DNA of 64,000 nucleotides from Sphaerodactylus townsendi (lineage: Eukaryota). The notes beneath the pieces were generated by a model. It was not told the origin of the DNA and did no database searches. It saw nothing but the letters and a program-made list of their open reading frames with translations. The translations under genes and the position numbers were made by a program. Location: NCBI RefSeq assembly GCF_021028975.2, contig NC_059434.1, positions 42,904,001 to 42,968,000 on the forward strand. Reading direction: 5' to 3'. Positions 63,788-64,000 of this stretch are shown piece by piece. Position 1 is the stretch's first letter. Each line of letters opens with the position of its first letter.

Positions 63788-64000
63788 CTGTAAGTGAGAG
63801 CCATGAATATTGTAGCATGGATTTAAGGAAGAGATAGAGAAAGATTATAAGCTCAGAAAGAAAAGATAAGGGCAAGCAACACAAGAAAGTCCCAAACAGC
63901 CTTATTATAGGAACTCCGAAGTGTACAAATGTATTCAATTGAAAAGAAACTACATGCTAAGCTACATACACATTTACTTACTTACACCTTAAGTATATAC

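Noticed and set aside
1-64000. Prokaryotic-type system, CRISPR array or operon
   Set aside because: The sequence is intron-containing vertebrate DNA. There is no array of identical repeats with unique spacers and no bacterial-like ORFs.

Overview
Vertebrate genomic DNA, almost certainly a squamate reptile; the Squam3-like SINEs, CR1 subfamilies and hAT/Harbinger MITEs suggest a gecko. The right-hand ~18 kb holds the 3' end of RAPGEF2 (PDZ-GEF1/RA-GEF-1) on the minus strand. Eight coding exons were reconstructed by hand, all with GT-AG junctions and consistent phase: 63764-63787 (24-nt microexon), 61836-62059, 59604-59792, 56482-56634, 52656-52881, 50895-51454, 48480-48785 and 47664-47689. They total 1708 nt and end in ...EDEQVSAV*, followed by a ~2-kb 3' UTR with a probable AATAAA at 45682-45687. 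In the remaining ~45 kb I can support no host gene. It is filled with transposon relics: CR1, L1, L2, RTE and RTE-X-like LINEs, tRNA- and 5S-derived SINEs, several non-autonomous hAT elements with 8-bp target-site duplications (TSDs), a Helitron-like element and possible solo LTRs. There are also two N gaps. The most unusual object is a TSD-flanked perfect 92-bp-arm palindrome (11625-11811) built from Penelope-type terminal sequence, which carries a minimal hammerhead-ribozyme core on both strands; an apparently collapsed relic of the same element lies at 36424-36494. I found no prokaryotic or CRISPR system. Family assignments come from recognised motifs, not database searches.
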